Shown: positions 13,195-25,473, counted from the whole stretch's first letter. The stretch is 63,690 nucleotides of DNA, filler included, from Octopus bimaculoides (GCF_001194135.2; 5 parts of 4 records of this genome joined end to end with filler, not necessarily neighbours in it); one strand, 5' to 3'. A program made the numbers and translations. Notes: generated by a model from the sequence alone, not told the origin.

Positions 13195-13972
13195 TTAGTA
13201 AATCTAAATTTAGAATTCAAGATCTACAAGTAGATACCTAAAATCCAGATCCAGATTTAGATCTACATCTATACAGATATCTATTTATTACTAATCATTT
13301 TTAATAGGCTTTAATAGGTTGTTAAGTGTCTCAATGGTTACAATAATTTAGATCTAAATCCGTAGACCTAGATCTCGATTAGATCTTATCCTAATATTAC
13401 TGGACCGTTAATACCTAAAATCCAGATTCAGATCTACATCTATGCAGATATCTATTTATTACTAATCGTTTTTAATAGGCTTAGGGTTGTTAAGTGTCTC
13501 AATGGTTACAATAATTTAGATCTAAATCCGTAGACCTAGATCTAGATTAGATCTACATCTATAGATATTTATTTATTACTAATCGTTTTTAATAGGCATT
13601 ACTAGGTTGTTAAGTTTCTCAATGGTTACAATAATCTAGATTTAAATCCGTAGACCTAGATCTAGATTAGATCTACATCTATACAGATATTTATTTATTA
13701 CTAATCGTTTTTTTTAATAGGCTCAGGGTTGTTAGGTGCCTCAATGGTTACAATAATTTAGATCTAAATTCGTAGACCTAGATCTCGATTAGATCTAATC
13801 CTAATATTACTGGACCGTTAATACCTAAAATCCAGATCCAGATTTAGATCTACATCTATACAGATATCTATTTATTACTAATCGTTTTTAATAGGCTTAG
13901 GGTTGTTAAGTGTCTCAATCGTTTTTAATAAGCTTAGGGTTGTTAAGTGTCTCACATTAAAATATAGATCTA
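13195..13972. repeat. Minisatellite rich in AGATCT palindromes, about 120 and 175 bp units
   Basis: Anchor AGATCTACATCT at 13259, 13430, 13549, 13669 and 13846 (spacings 171, 119, 120, 177). Confidence 0.92.
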
Positions 13973-14728
13973 AGTTTGTACTAAGAACTGGTAGCAATAT
14001 TGGTTGTAAGTGTCATTTCTTTTGGTGAGATTTCTGATTTTTTTTTTATTATTGTTATTGTTACAATCGAGTAATTCATGCACGAATATTAAAATCATGC
14101 CTCATAAAAAAAAATATGCTCATAGCTATTTTCCAAACTATTTGAAGATAAGTTTCACTGAATCTTTTACGAACAAACAATTTCTAAAGTGTTTACTGTC
14201 ACTAGACATTTTCTACTGAAGCTATGAAAACTAGACATCTTGTTACAAATCATCCAAAAGAGAAGGACATACCCATTGAATATTTTCCAGAACTGAACAA
14301 AATATTTAAAAATAGTTCTATAATAACTCCATCATTCAAGAAATAAAATTCCCATAACGAAGACGGTTTTATTCAGATATTGTATATTACAATTAATTGC
14401 AAAAGTGGTTAAAGTAATAACATTTGGACAAACTTTGATAAAACTTTCTCTCAAAGAATTTATTTCAACAGTTATGCGTCAGGATCCAACTGAAATTGTA
14501 AAAACATTATTCATTCGCAACAACACAGTGAAACGACGCATTGATGAAATGGCGGTGAACGTAAAAAATAAACTTATAGCTGTCCTCCAAAACTCATCAT
14601 TTTCCATGCAGTTGGATGATTCTAACATTGTAGATTATGATGTTTTATTAAAGGCACATATACGATACTCTAATGAAAACAATATGCTGCAAGATGAAAT
14701 GCTATTCGACTTAAATATTATTGCAGGT

Positions 14729-15115
14729 GTGGAGGCGCAATGGCCCAGTGGTTAGGGCAGAGGACTCGCGGTCATAGGATCGTGGTATCGATTCTCAGAC
14801 CGGGCGTTGTGAGTGTTTATTGAGCGATAACACTTAAAGCTTCACGAGGCTCCCGCAGGGGATGGTGGCGAACCCTGCTGTACTTTTCCACCACAACTTT
14901 CTCTCACTCTTACTTCCTGTTTCTGTTGTGCCTGTAATTCAAAGGTTCGGCCTTGTCACACTGTGTCACGCTGAATATCCCCGAGAACTACATTAAGAGT
15001 ACACGTGTCTGTGGAGTGCTCAGCCACTTGCACGTTAATTTCACGAGCAGGCTGTTCCGTTAATTGGATTAACTGGAACCCTCGACGTCGTAAGCGACGG
15101 AGTGCCAACAACAAC
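14729..15115 (+). mobile_element. SINE family C, full length with 12-bp TSD
   Basis: A-box TGGCCCAGTGG, B-box GGTATCGATTCT, (CAA)n tail. TSD ATTATTGCAGGT at 14717-14728 and 15116-15127. Confidence 0.93.
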
Positions 15116-15157
15116 ATTATTGCAGGTACAAAAGCCTTATTAATATTTACTGTAGTT

Positions 15158-15610
15158 AAGGCGGCGAGCTGGCAGAACCGTTAATATGCCAGGCAAAATG
15201 CTAAGTGGCATTTCGTCTGTCTTCATTTTCTCAGTTCAAATTCCGAAGAGGTCGACTTTGCCATTCATTCATTCAAGGATCGATAAAATAAATATCAGTG
15301 AAGCAGTGGGATTGATCTAATTGGTTTATCCCATCCCCCGAAATTGCTAACTTTGTGCCAAAATTAGAAATCAATATTTACTGCTGTGTAAGGCGGCGAG
15401 CTGACAGAATCGTTAATACGCCGGGCAAAATGCTCAGCGGCATTTCGTCCGTCTCATGCTCTGAGTTCAAATTCTGTTGGGGTCGACTTTGCATTTCATC
15501 TTATCGAAGTCGATAAAATATGTACAAGTTGAGTACTGGATGTCGATGTAATTGACCTACCCACCTCCCCAGAAATCGCTGGCCTTGTGCCAAAATTAAA
15601 AATTAATATT
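15158..15610 (+). mobile_element. Two tandem SINE family B copies
   Basis: TAAGGCGGCGAGCTG(G/A)CAGAA heads at about 15158 and 15389, each followed by GTTCAAATT..GTCGACTTTGC. Confidence 0.88.
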
Positions 15611-16404
15611 TAATGTTGTAAAATCATATTTTGCCAAAATAATATACCCCAATATTGTTGCCTACGCTACTAATAGAGCACATTCAACTTCGATAGTCGC
15701 TATCATAATTTTACTGCATATTTGTAGAAGTTGCGGCCGTTTCGCACATTCATTGTGTGTTATATAGAAAACAACTTGTAGAAGAAAAAAACGCATTTAA
15801 ATACATGCCTTCAGTCATCATTAAGTATTATAATTATAGATTTAAATTAAATAAAATCGAATGCTAAAAATTATAGGGTGTTTCGACAGCAGTACCAGGA
15901 TATTAATGAACAGTTTATTAGACTGCTGATGCACAAAAAAGTTCATTGGCTCTCTAATGGTGCATGTTGGATTCGTTTTGTCGAATTAAGTGACTGAGGC
16001 ATAGAGTCTTTGTAAAAATGTAATTGAAGCCGGATTCTGTCAGTAATTAAAAACATCAAATATTTTTTTGTTGACAAGCATTTTAAAAGTGTTTAATAGA
16101 ATTAACTTGCAGCTACATGGAGTCAGTATAACACGTGTAACTTGCAAAAATGTCGTTTCATTATTCATCGGAAAACTTGATCTTTCTCGTCATAATATTT
16201 CGAAGATGGAATTCTGTTAGTTCTGATGTAACACCAGAGGAGATTGAAAGGTTCAGCAATCGCATCAACCAACTTGAAGTAGAGATGATATAAAATGATT
16301 AAACAATATTTGTAACTTGACGTATACGACTGCGTGACGAATCCTTTCAACGCGAATGCTGCCGAATCTGTGCCAGCATACCATGAACAGCTTTTAGAAT
16401 TTAA

Positions 16405-16503
16405 CGCAGGCGTGGCTGCGTGGTAAAAAGCTTGCGCTCCGACCGCATAGTTCCAGATTCAGTCCCACTGAGTGACGCTTTGGGCAAGTGTCATCTACTA
16501 TAG
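16405..16503 (+). mobile_element. SINE family A head
   Basis: GCAGGCGTGGCTGCGTGGTAAAAAGCTTGC..GATTCAGTCCCACTG..TTTGGGCAAGTG. Confidence 0.75.
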
Positions 16504-17392
16504 TTACAAAAGTGAGCGTTCTGTGTTTAAACTATAGAAGAGCACTGGTATAAAGAATTAAGATTAAAGAGTTAAACATCTCTGAACTCGAACAAACTAA
16601 GTTATGAATGAAAAACGATAAAATTCAAAAGGTTATAATAGAGAAAAATAACCGAAAGAAATTGAACAGGAAGAAAATTCGGAAAATGTCTCAAAATTCT
16701 CGGAATATCTTGGAAAGTGTAATGACTGCGGTACATTAATTTCTTCATAAAAAGTTATAACAAAGGTGAAAATATTGTAAAGAAAAGCATCATGATGGCG
16801 AATGTGTTATTACTAATTAGAAAAAAAAAAACAAGTAGAAAGTGAAAAAATATACCATTGTATTTAAATATATTTTTTTGTATTTATACATCATTGCGTT
16901 TAAACATAGAAAAAGCTGCATGAAAAGCTATTGACGCGTCTGTTAACAAGCAAAGAGTTAATTCAAAAAATACATTACACTACAAAAAGAAATAATGTAA
17001 TAAGTTTAATTAGAACAATATAAAAAGAGCTGTGACATTATAATTACAGTATAGATAAAATGTAAAATACTTTCACCGTGCAATTCGTCGTTTCCAATCT
17101 GTCAGAATTTTTTTCAACGTAGTATACAGTTTCATTGCAGTACAATAATATATAATTTCGAGCGCACAGCTAGTGTAACTAAAAAGAACAGCTGTTTCCA
17201 GTGTGAGTGAGCGAGTGTGTGTGTGTGAGTCTGCGAAATATGTATGCAGATGAAGAAAGATGAATAGAATAAATCCAACGTTATTTCTATTTATCTTTTC
17301 CTTTTCCTTTTTACTGTCTACTTTAATTTACAATGAAGTCTATAATCTGAATATACTCGATATACGATATAGAGTAAACTATGAATTATTAA

Positions 17393-17737
17393 CCCTTTGG
17401 CTGTGTAATTAAATTTCATGTTAGTTATCCGCCAAAAACATAGAATTTATATTCTCTACTTTTGCAATGCATTTTCACTATCTTCTGTACGTGCGGTTTT
17501 CATATCCACCACCCCAAAACATTTGATTCTTGCTCTGTAAAGAGATATTTTATTAAATATCTGAAAAAAATAAGGAAAATCTGAAAAATCATCTTTTGTA
17601 AAAGGTGTCACTGAGGGTGTCTCCACTTCTCACAGCATAAGGAGAGATGTTTTGAAAGCTGGCAGGTAAAACCGCTTTCCAAAGTTAATTAGTAATAAAA
17701 TTTCGAGCGGATGTATCCGTTTTCTGCGTTCAGAGGG
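17393..17737. mobile_element. Possible non-autonomous piggyBac-like element
   Basis: TTAA|CCCTTT at the left end and AGAGGG|CTAA at the right. Only short terminal matches, and one TSD base is mismatched. Confidence 0.3.
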
Positions 17738-18378
17738 CTAAATAAATTTCTATTTAATTGTGTAGACATTACGCTTAAATTTTTATTTTCCTTTTCCATT
17801 TTTCGTATTTTTATTTCTTTCATTCCCTTTCATACAAAAAATAGAACTAGCCAATCAATATAATGCTCTTCAGAAAACTAGAAATCAGTTGTTCGGCAGA
17901 CGTTACCATAATGTTAGAAATAAAAGAGATAAAACATTTATGACGAATTAATGAGAAATTTGCAGATTCTATAACCGGTGTATAACTTTAGATTTACACC
18001 TGTGCTTAAGGATGAACCTGGTTATGTAACTGTCTCTACAAAAGTGTGAAATATTCCAGAAGTTTAGCCTGTTGTATGAACAGCTACATACGTGTAGATA
18101 CACAAATAAATGTACATGTATTCACACACAAGTGAAAACACAAATTTGCATACGCAAGGCATACATGCTTGCAAACATGCATGTACACGAATGCGTACGT
18201 GAGCAAATACATACGAACATACATACAAATATGCCATACTTTTCTCAAGTTCAAAATGTGAATTTATTTTATCACCCACATTTCAACGATGGTACTTTGA
18301 ATCTCTGTTAGAGACCAACTCCTTCAAGAAGACTTTAAACAATTATCAAAAGTCAACATACATACATACATACATACA

Positions 18379-18763
18379 TTGTTGTTGACACTCCGTCGCT
18401 TACGACGTCGAGGGTTCCAGTTGATCCGATCAACGGAACAGCCTGCTCGTGAAATTAACGTGCAAGTGGCTGAGCACTCCACAGACACGTGTACCCTTAA
18501 CGTAGTTCTCGGGGATATTCAGCGTGACACAGTGTGACAAGGCTTGACCCTTTGAATTACAGGCACAACAGAAACAGGAAATAAGAGTGAGAGAAAGTTG
18601 TGGTGAAAGAGTAAAGCAGGTTTCGCCACCACACTCTGCCGGAGCCTCGTGGAGCTTTAGGTGTTTTCGCTCAATAAACACTCACAACGCTCGGTCTGGG
18701 AATCGAAACCGCGATCCTATGACCGTGAGTCCGCTGCCCTAACCACTGGGCCATTGCGCCTCC
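18379..18763 (-). mobile_element. SINE family C, full length, inserted in (CATA)n
   Basis: Closely matching reverse complement of 14729-15115, flanked on both sides by CATA repeats. Confidence 0.93.
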
Positions 18764-19384
18764 TACATACATACATACATACATACATACATACATAAAT
18801 TCATACAATTTGCAAAACTTCTCTAAAGTTCAACATGTAACTCTTTACTGTTGTTGTTATCCAGCGCTGGAGCTTAGATTTTTTGTTAGAAACCAGCTCC
18901 TTTATTGGAAGAACTCAAATAATTAAACAAGAAAGATAACATAGGCACATAACTACTTGATTAATTTCATCTAAATTACATTTCCATAAAAGTGCCTTCT
19001 GTACGAGTGAGAAATTGGCTCTTTCGATATTAGAGTGAAGTTTAAAAACTAAAATCAGAAGAACAGGTATACACAAAACATGGTGCCGGTCAAAAGTAGC
19101 CATGCAACTGCTGAGGAACCTTCAAAATTACGTTTTAATATTTTCTTCTACAATTTTACCGGCCTAATTCAATTCTAACCGTTATTAGTTGTTTATTTTG
19201 TTACGTACATAGAAAAGAGAAGCATCTTTTACTGAGCAACTTAGCGCTATTTAAACCAGATTGTATACAATACTTTACACCGAGTAGGATTTTGTTTTGA
19301 CAATTATGGATGACACTGATAGAAACATCAACACCACCAACACTACAAAGTAGTAAAGTTCCTTCCTGAGTAATATAGACTCAA

Positions 19385-19600
19385 AGGACCGATTTCCCGG
19401 TTTCCGTGACGTATATATCCTCCACGTGGACGGGATGCGGGTCTGACACAGGATTACTCATTTTCGCCAGCTGAGTGGACTGGAACAATGTGAAATGAAA
19501 CGCTTTGCTCAAGAACACAACACGTCGTCTGGCCCAGGAATTGAAACCACAATCTTACGATCATGAGTCCAACACCCTAACCACTAAGCCACGCGCTTCC
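19385..19600 (-). mobile_element. SINE family D fragment
   Basis: TTTGCTCAAGAACACAAC..GGAATTGAAACC..CCCTAACCACTAAGCCACGCGCTTCC (tRNA-like head on the minus strand). Confidence 0.7.
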
Positions 19601-20083
19601 ACCAATACCAATAGTACTACCGACGGTACTACCAAATCTGTGAGCTATTTAAACTGGTCTAAGTACCCTGTTCATTTCACTTGGTCTTTAATTTCAAGTC
19701 AAGATTTATTCTGATGCTATCAAAAAACTCCGCGAGAATCATTTGATCGTCTTTATGAAGCAGTTAAGGAGATTGTTCTTGAACAAACTTAACCCAAACT
19801 TAAACCACTTCACATCTAAAACAGCTTCGACAACAAATATTTTTCGTTACTCAAAAAAAAAAAAAAATTGCTTGAAATTGTAATTTTAGCTCCTGTAATT
19901 TCAATCGATTTTTTGAAGACATCCGACTCTAGCCAAAAGATACCATAGAAGAGGACGATATAAATGTAAACAAACCGCAAACTTCCTCTCCACCATTACT
20001 GCCATTCCTCAACACTCCTGTATTTCTGCATAACAACAATAATGGACAGAGACTAACGTAGAATACATAAACTTAAAAACAAT

Positions 20084-21400
20084 TTGCAATTAGAGTCTGA
20101 AGAGAATTATTCGAAATTCTCAAAACTGTCTTTAGACAACAAGCTGTTTTTGACGAGAATTAAAAACAAAAGACTAACCACGCTTATGTCAGAAAATATC
20201 GATAATATCGCTAGAGACCAGAAACATGATAACACATATCGGACCATCTATACTTATCTGTATACATCTCTTATCGCTCTTAAACAACACCTTGGACAGT
20301 GGGTCTCAAAATGAAAAATACCAGCCACTACCTTCACCCCTAACATCCACTCCCACCAAAACAGAAATATTTCGGAACCCTCTCCTTCTTTATTTATGAG
20401 AAAATACAATTTGAATCCATATTATTCTTCATTCTTCATCATGGTGTTTGACAAATTAAAAAGTTTGGGAAGCATCTTAATTTCATTATACATAGCAGTT
20501 TGTCCACCACTTTTCGATCCTCTCACCCCTAAGAGAAACACTGGAAACGCATACAATACACGGGGAGATGAAGTTATTCAATGTCTGCCACCAAAGTAGA
20601 TAACAAAAATTAGAGAAAAATATCAATAATCTTCGCTGCAGAAACGGAAATTTAGACGCTAACACAGCATTGATGGAAAACATTACTTTATTCACACACC
20701 AACTAGGTGTTATGAAAACAAAACTTACTAAAATGTACGGAGCTTTTTTATCATTTCACATATTTATGGGGGAAATAATAACCTTAATGAACGAACTCAA
20801 GACCTTGAGAAAAAATATTCCGTTATCGTAAAAAGCAGTTTCAAAGAACCAGTATCAACCAAATTGCATCGAAACCACTCTCCGCATACTAGGGGACAAA
20901 AAGAAATATAAAATCTTTAGAGTCTCTTTTCGATATTAAAATCATTTGGGACTAAGATCTAAGATGAAAAGAAGATTTCAATTGTAAACATCATAACTGA
21001 ATATAACTGGTGAAAATACTGGACCAACATCAGCAGTAAAACATATATTATCGACTTCAAAACATTTACTAAAGTTGTAGAAAAGAATATAATGGGAACG
21101 CATTCAGGAGTGACTGGTACAAGATGTTAAACGTTTAACAGATCACCATTTGCGTCCGTTTAGATAAAGAACAAATTGACGTAACAAACTGACTCACCAT
21201 AGCATGGACACATATAGAAGCTAAGGATGTTAACACTGACTATGCAGAAAACTATACGATTATAGCTTGCCTTTGACTTAAAAGAATTTTTAAAGAGAAA
21301 ATAATAAACTCGACGCTTCACAAACGTTAGACGAAAGCAAGCCATGAAATTGATAAAAGTGAAGATAGGAGGGATTTGCAAAATGTCAATTTTTTATTTT
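20084..21400 (+). pseudogene. Highly decayed Penelope-like element (RT thumb + GIY-YIG-like)
   Basis: Frameshifted FDSSHPK-like motif near 20515 and SCRKEYNGNA (CxxxYIG-like) near 21075. Motif recall only. Confidence 0.4.
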
Positions 21401-21799
21401 TCGTTTTGATGCTGGTTTACATAGTGCTGCCTCGATAGAAATCCATAGCGAAGTTTGGATGTCACAGAGAAGAGTTATGTTTGTGAATGTTTTGTGACAA
21501 GTAAACAGCCCGATGATAGTAGCGTACATTTATGTCTTTATGAGAGACAGACAGACAGACAGGCAGAACGTCACTAAAGAACATCTTAGGGAGTGATTGT
21601 AAACGAAGTAGTTTCTTTTGCCAGAAATAGTAGCTTAATGTTTGCTGTTTTGAAGGTTTTGTCGTGAATGCGCATTAAATAAAAGACTTAAAATGTCATT
21701 TTAATGCAACAAATAAGAAATGTGAGTTTCTATCAAAGAGAGATAAAGTTAGGCTATCTCATGCATCATGGATCAAAGTGACACGCAAGATGTGGCTAT

Positions 21800-22520
21800 A
21801 AAACCGAGAATTGTCGGGTGAGACCCGAGATTTCGGATCTTTTCAGTATGACTGCCAATTTTCACAAATTCAAAGTTTATTAAAAAAAATTTTAATTTGG
21901 TGCATTAATGTAGTATTCCGAGCTAAATCTCAAGAGGTATTTTACTTTTTCGAGAAAAAAATTTTTTTTAAGTTATAGAGGTTTAAAGTTTGATAATTTT
22001 CACCAAGTCAAAAAACAGGATTTGCATATTGTCATTTTGTGCGTGGTGTGTTTTAATATGAAACTATAAATGAATCAACTTCTGCTTTACGCACGACATA
22101 TAACCCCTCATAACATTTTTTTATTCTTGTGAATCTTTAGAAAATTTTTGTGAATCTGTATTCTACACTCAGGAGTTCATGCAAAAACCAAAAGTAAATT
22201 AGTAGGGGTGCGTGATTTAAAGCCTATTTGGCTGTTATTTTTAGCACATTTTAGCAGTAGAACACAGCATCGACGCATGTGATTTCGCGTAGAATATATT
22301 TGTCGACATGTGCTATCTCGCAAACAAAAGAGTTCGTGTTTGGCTTGGAAACAGGCATGAATGTGTCTATGGCTTACGATTGGCTAAAATTACCCAAAAT
22401 GATCAAACATTAAAAGCTAATAACTTTTTATTTATTGATTTATAGCGAAAATGAATTTCAAAGCAGTGATTGACATATAAAACCACATCATTACACCGAA
22501 TATGAAATCAATTCGAGCAG
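21800..22520. mobile_element. Probable non-autonomous DNA-transposon remnant
   Basis: AT-rich block with AAAGTTATAGAGG / AAAGCTAATAACTTTT-type subterminal motifs. No TIR or TSD identified. Confidence 0.25.
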
Positions 22521-22904
22521 GAATTGAAGAGATTGGAAATTGGAAGCCAAACAGAAAAGATCTGAGATTTCTAGGTTTTATAGCTACTCAAGAACTTTTG
22601 AGAAAGTTCTCTCGGGATTTTAACACTAAAATTAGAAAAGTTTATTTTGATCACTGCCGACGCCAATTATATCTGCCATCGAAAGTAATTGACAGGCATG
22701 GTGATCAACTTGCATAGTTGCCCATCCCTAACTGCGTCAGAATTACCAAATATGGCAAAATTGACGAAACGTAGATTCGAACTAAAACCGGAATATTGTG
22801 GAATCAAATCCAGAAAACGATATGTTATGAATTCTAAAGGAAAGATATCAACCAACCAAATGAGTTCTTATATATTTGTTAATACAAGGTCATACGTTTG
22901 AGGG

Positions 22905-23524
22905 AGAGGGTGAACTGTCGATTAAGTCGCCCAGAACTTGACTGCCCCAGAAAAAAATGAAAGACCAAGTTAATCCTGATAGGATTTGAACTCAAAACAG
23001 AAAGGAGTATGACTAAATTTTGGGTTCATATTTTGGCACAAAACCAGAAGTTTCAGGGGAAGGAGTAAGTCGATTACATTGACCCTAGAGCTCAACTGGT
23101 ACTTATTTTATCGACCCCGAAAGAGTGAAAGTTGATCCCGGCGGCATCTGAACTCAGAACGTCAACACGAACGAAATGAAACTAAATATTCTTTTTTATT
23201 CTGGGCACAAGACCCGAAATTTGAAGGGAGGTGGCCAGTCAATTAGATCGACTCCAGTACGCAACTGCTACTTAATTTATCGACCCCGAAAGGATGAAAG
23301 GCAAAGTTGAGCTCTTCGGAATTTGAACTCAGAACGTAAAGACAGACGAAATAACGATAAGCATTTCGCCCAGCGTGCTAGCGTTTCTTTTTTTTATTGC
23401 CCACAAGGGGCTAAACATAGAAGGGACAAACAAGGACAGACGAATGGATTAAGTCGATTACATCGACCCCAGTGCGTAAGTGGTACTTAATTTATCGACC
23501 CCAAAAGGATGAAGAGTAAAGTCG
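22905..23524 (-). mobile_element. Head-to-tail cluster of four SINE family B pieces
   Basis: ATCGACCCC(G/A)AAAGGATGAA / ATTTGAACTCA motifs recur at about 22980, 23110, 23280 and 23495, all in one orientation. Confidence 0.82.
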
Positions 23525-23624
23525 NNNNNNNNNNNNNNNNNNNNNNNNNNNNNNNNNNNNNNNNNNNNTTAATTAATTAANNNNNNNNNNNNNNNNNNNN
23601 NNNNNNNNNNNNNNNNNNNNNNNN
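23525..23624. other. Artificial contig linker N44-TTAATTAATTAA-N44
   Basis: Exactly 100 bp. The same structure occurs at 39899-39998, 55626-55725 and 61814-61913. The 12-mer has stops in all six frames. Confidence 0.95.
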
Positions 23625-23922
23625 ATAACTCGAATGTGGAATCTAAAAACAGAAACAATTCCTATCATAGTAGGTGCCTTAGGTATAATAAAAAAATATT
23701 CAGACAAATACATAACAAAAACACCAGGACTTACAAATATATATAACATACAGAAAATTGCACTACTGGGTACTGCACATATTCTACGCAAAACACTTTC
23801 AATACAGTAAACATAAGAGCACCACAGCAAACCACAGCACATACCCAAGGCGCACAGAGCTGCGCTCGGTAGTGAAGTGAAAGCACGTTATAAAAATAAA
23901 ACTACTGAATAATAATAATAAT
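23625..23922 (+). mobile_element. 3' end of an R4/Dong-like RLE non-LTR retrotransposon with (TAA)n tail
   Basis: Intact frame ITRMWNLKTETIPIIVGALG..QKIALLGTAHILRKTLSIQ* (stop 23808-23810), about 100-bp 3' UTR, AATAATAATAATA tail. Confidence 0.85.
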
Positions 23923-23927
23923 AGAGA

Positions 23928-24465
23928 GAAGGCAAAAGCAGGGTATCAGTTAAGAAATAGTAAGGGAAAAATTAACCATTTGCTCTACGCGGATGATTTG
24001 ACACTTTTTAGTAAGAATGAAATAAAAATAGACGCCTTAACACAGACTCTTCAGTAAAGATATAGGCATAGAATTTGGCATAGATGAGTATTCAATATTA
24101 GCCATGAGAAGGGGACAGGTAGTCAACAGCGAAGGGATCCAATTACCAGATGACCTGACATGAAAATCATTGAAAGTAGGAGAGAACTATAAGTATCTAA
24201 GCATATTAGAATCTGACAGAGTACTAACTGCAGAAATGAAAACGAAAATTGAGGAGGAGTACATCAGAAGCGTGAGGAAGTTAATGAAATCAAAGCTAGA
24301 CGGTCCGAATCTAGTGATGGCTGTAAACAATTGGGCAGTATCATTACTCAGATACTCGGCAGCTTTTGTAAATTAAACAAAAACTGAATTAGCAAAGCTA
24401 CACAGAAGAACAAGGAAGGAGTCCAGTATAAATGGAGGCCTCCACGCAAGGGCAAGAGTAGCATC
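23928..24465 (+). pseudogene. Decayed R4/Dong-like reverse transcriptase fragment
   Basis: INHLLYADDLTLFS, DIGIEFGID, NYKYLSILES, SKLDGPNLVMAVNNWAVSLLRYSA, GGLHARA. Confidence 0.85.
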
Positions 24466-24539
24466 TAAGATGTTAAGGTTTTAATTTCAAACAGTCTAAC
24501 CTGTTGAGTTCATTTGAAAAAAAAAAATAATAATTTTAT

Positions 24540-24910
24540 ACCCGGATGCAGTACCAGGCAATGGCTCTTATGGTTCCTGATCTTAATTGATTGGAAGTGT
24601 TATTATGTACATTGTTTTGTCTTGGTATAAAAGATGGGCTACAGCAAATATTCTGCTTAATACCTTTGCTTGTTAGTTGTTTGACCTTAACCAGTTGAGC
24701 CTGTCCCTTGCTGGCTGACAATATGTGCATCTCTGATCATGAGCAGAAGTAGTGGAGGAGCATCATAGCCATCTGTTTAAAGATGCGTATTTCGTTCACC
24801 GTCCTTAAACAAACCTTATTCAGGGACCTTTTGAGTGGGATGGGTTACTCGACCTGAAGAAAATTGTACCTGCAAGGTCATGTGCTGTTAATCTTGATAT
24901 GTGATCGCCA
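24540..24910. repeat. Dispersed repeat family E (class unknown)
   Basis: TTTTGTCTTGGTATAAAAGATGGGCTACAGCAAATATTCTGCTTAATACC..GAGCAGAAGTAGTGG..CTCGACCTGAAGAAAATT, shared with 40235-40635. Confidence 0.85.
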
Positions 24911-24947
24911 TGGTGGTATTGGTGGTGGTGGTGGTGGTGATGATGAT

Positions 24948-24960
24948 GATGATGATGATG

Positions 24961-25033
<73 letters not shown>

Positions 25034-25037
25034 TAAT
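24948..25037. repeat. (GAT)n(AAT)n microsatellite
   Basis: Direct reading. Confidence 0.97.
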
Positions 25038-25473
25038 AAGCACAAGGGGAGGGGCAAATGATAGTGAAATATACAGATCCTAATACTTCGCCTGATAGGA
25101 TGAAAAACCGATGTTGACTTCGGTAATATTTGAACTCAGAATGAATGGAACTGGAGGAAAGGCTACTGGACATTTTCTGTGACATGTTACTTTTTCTGCT
25201 AGCTGAACCCCTTCAACAACAACGACGAAGGCGACACAACGATGAAGATGACATGAAAACAGTGGTAGTTGTTATGGTGGTGATGTTGAGTTTTATAATT
25301 ACGAGCAGAGTTAACATGTAATCTATTCGCAAAAACAAAGTGTTCATATTGCATACAGAATTGCTAACGCTTAAAGGTAAAAAAAAACGATATAGTAAAA
25401 AAAAAAAAAAAACGATATAGTAGGGACAAGCAAAAGGAATACTTCAGACAAATTGTTAGTCATATCTCTACAT

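Larger units (their letters stand above)
14100..16400 (+). pseudogene. Decayed hAT transposase (Buster / ZBED5-ZBED8-like) interrupted by three SINEs
   Basis: EAMKTRHLVTNHPKEKDIPIEYF; NNTVKRRIDEMA..FSMQLDDS (first catalytic D region); NIVAYATNRA; LLMHKKVHWLSNGACW (HTEVRWLS-like); DCVTNPF..HEQLLEF. Confidence 0.82.

Noticed and set aside
13195-13972. CRISPR-like array
   Set aside because: Eukaryotic context, long units with no unique spacers and no cas genes. It is a minisatellite.
14729-14810. tRNA genes at SINE heads (also 18690-18763, 25670-25730, 48860-48925)
   Set aside because: A/B boxes are present but there is no complete cloverleaf, and each continues into a repeat body.
16580-17176. 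Helitron ending GAGCGCACAGCTAG|T
   Set aside because: No clear subterminal hairpin, unlike 54996-55010.
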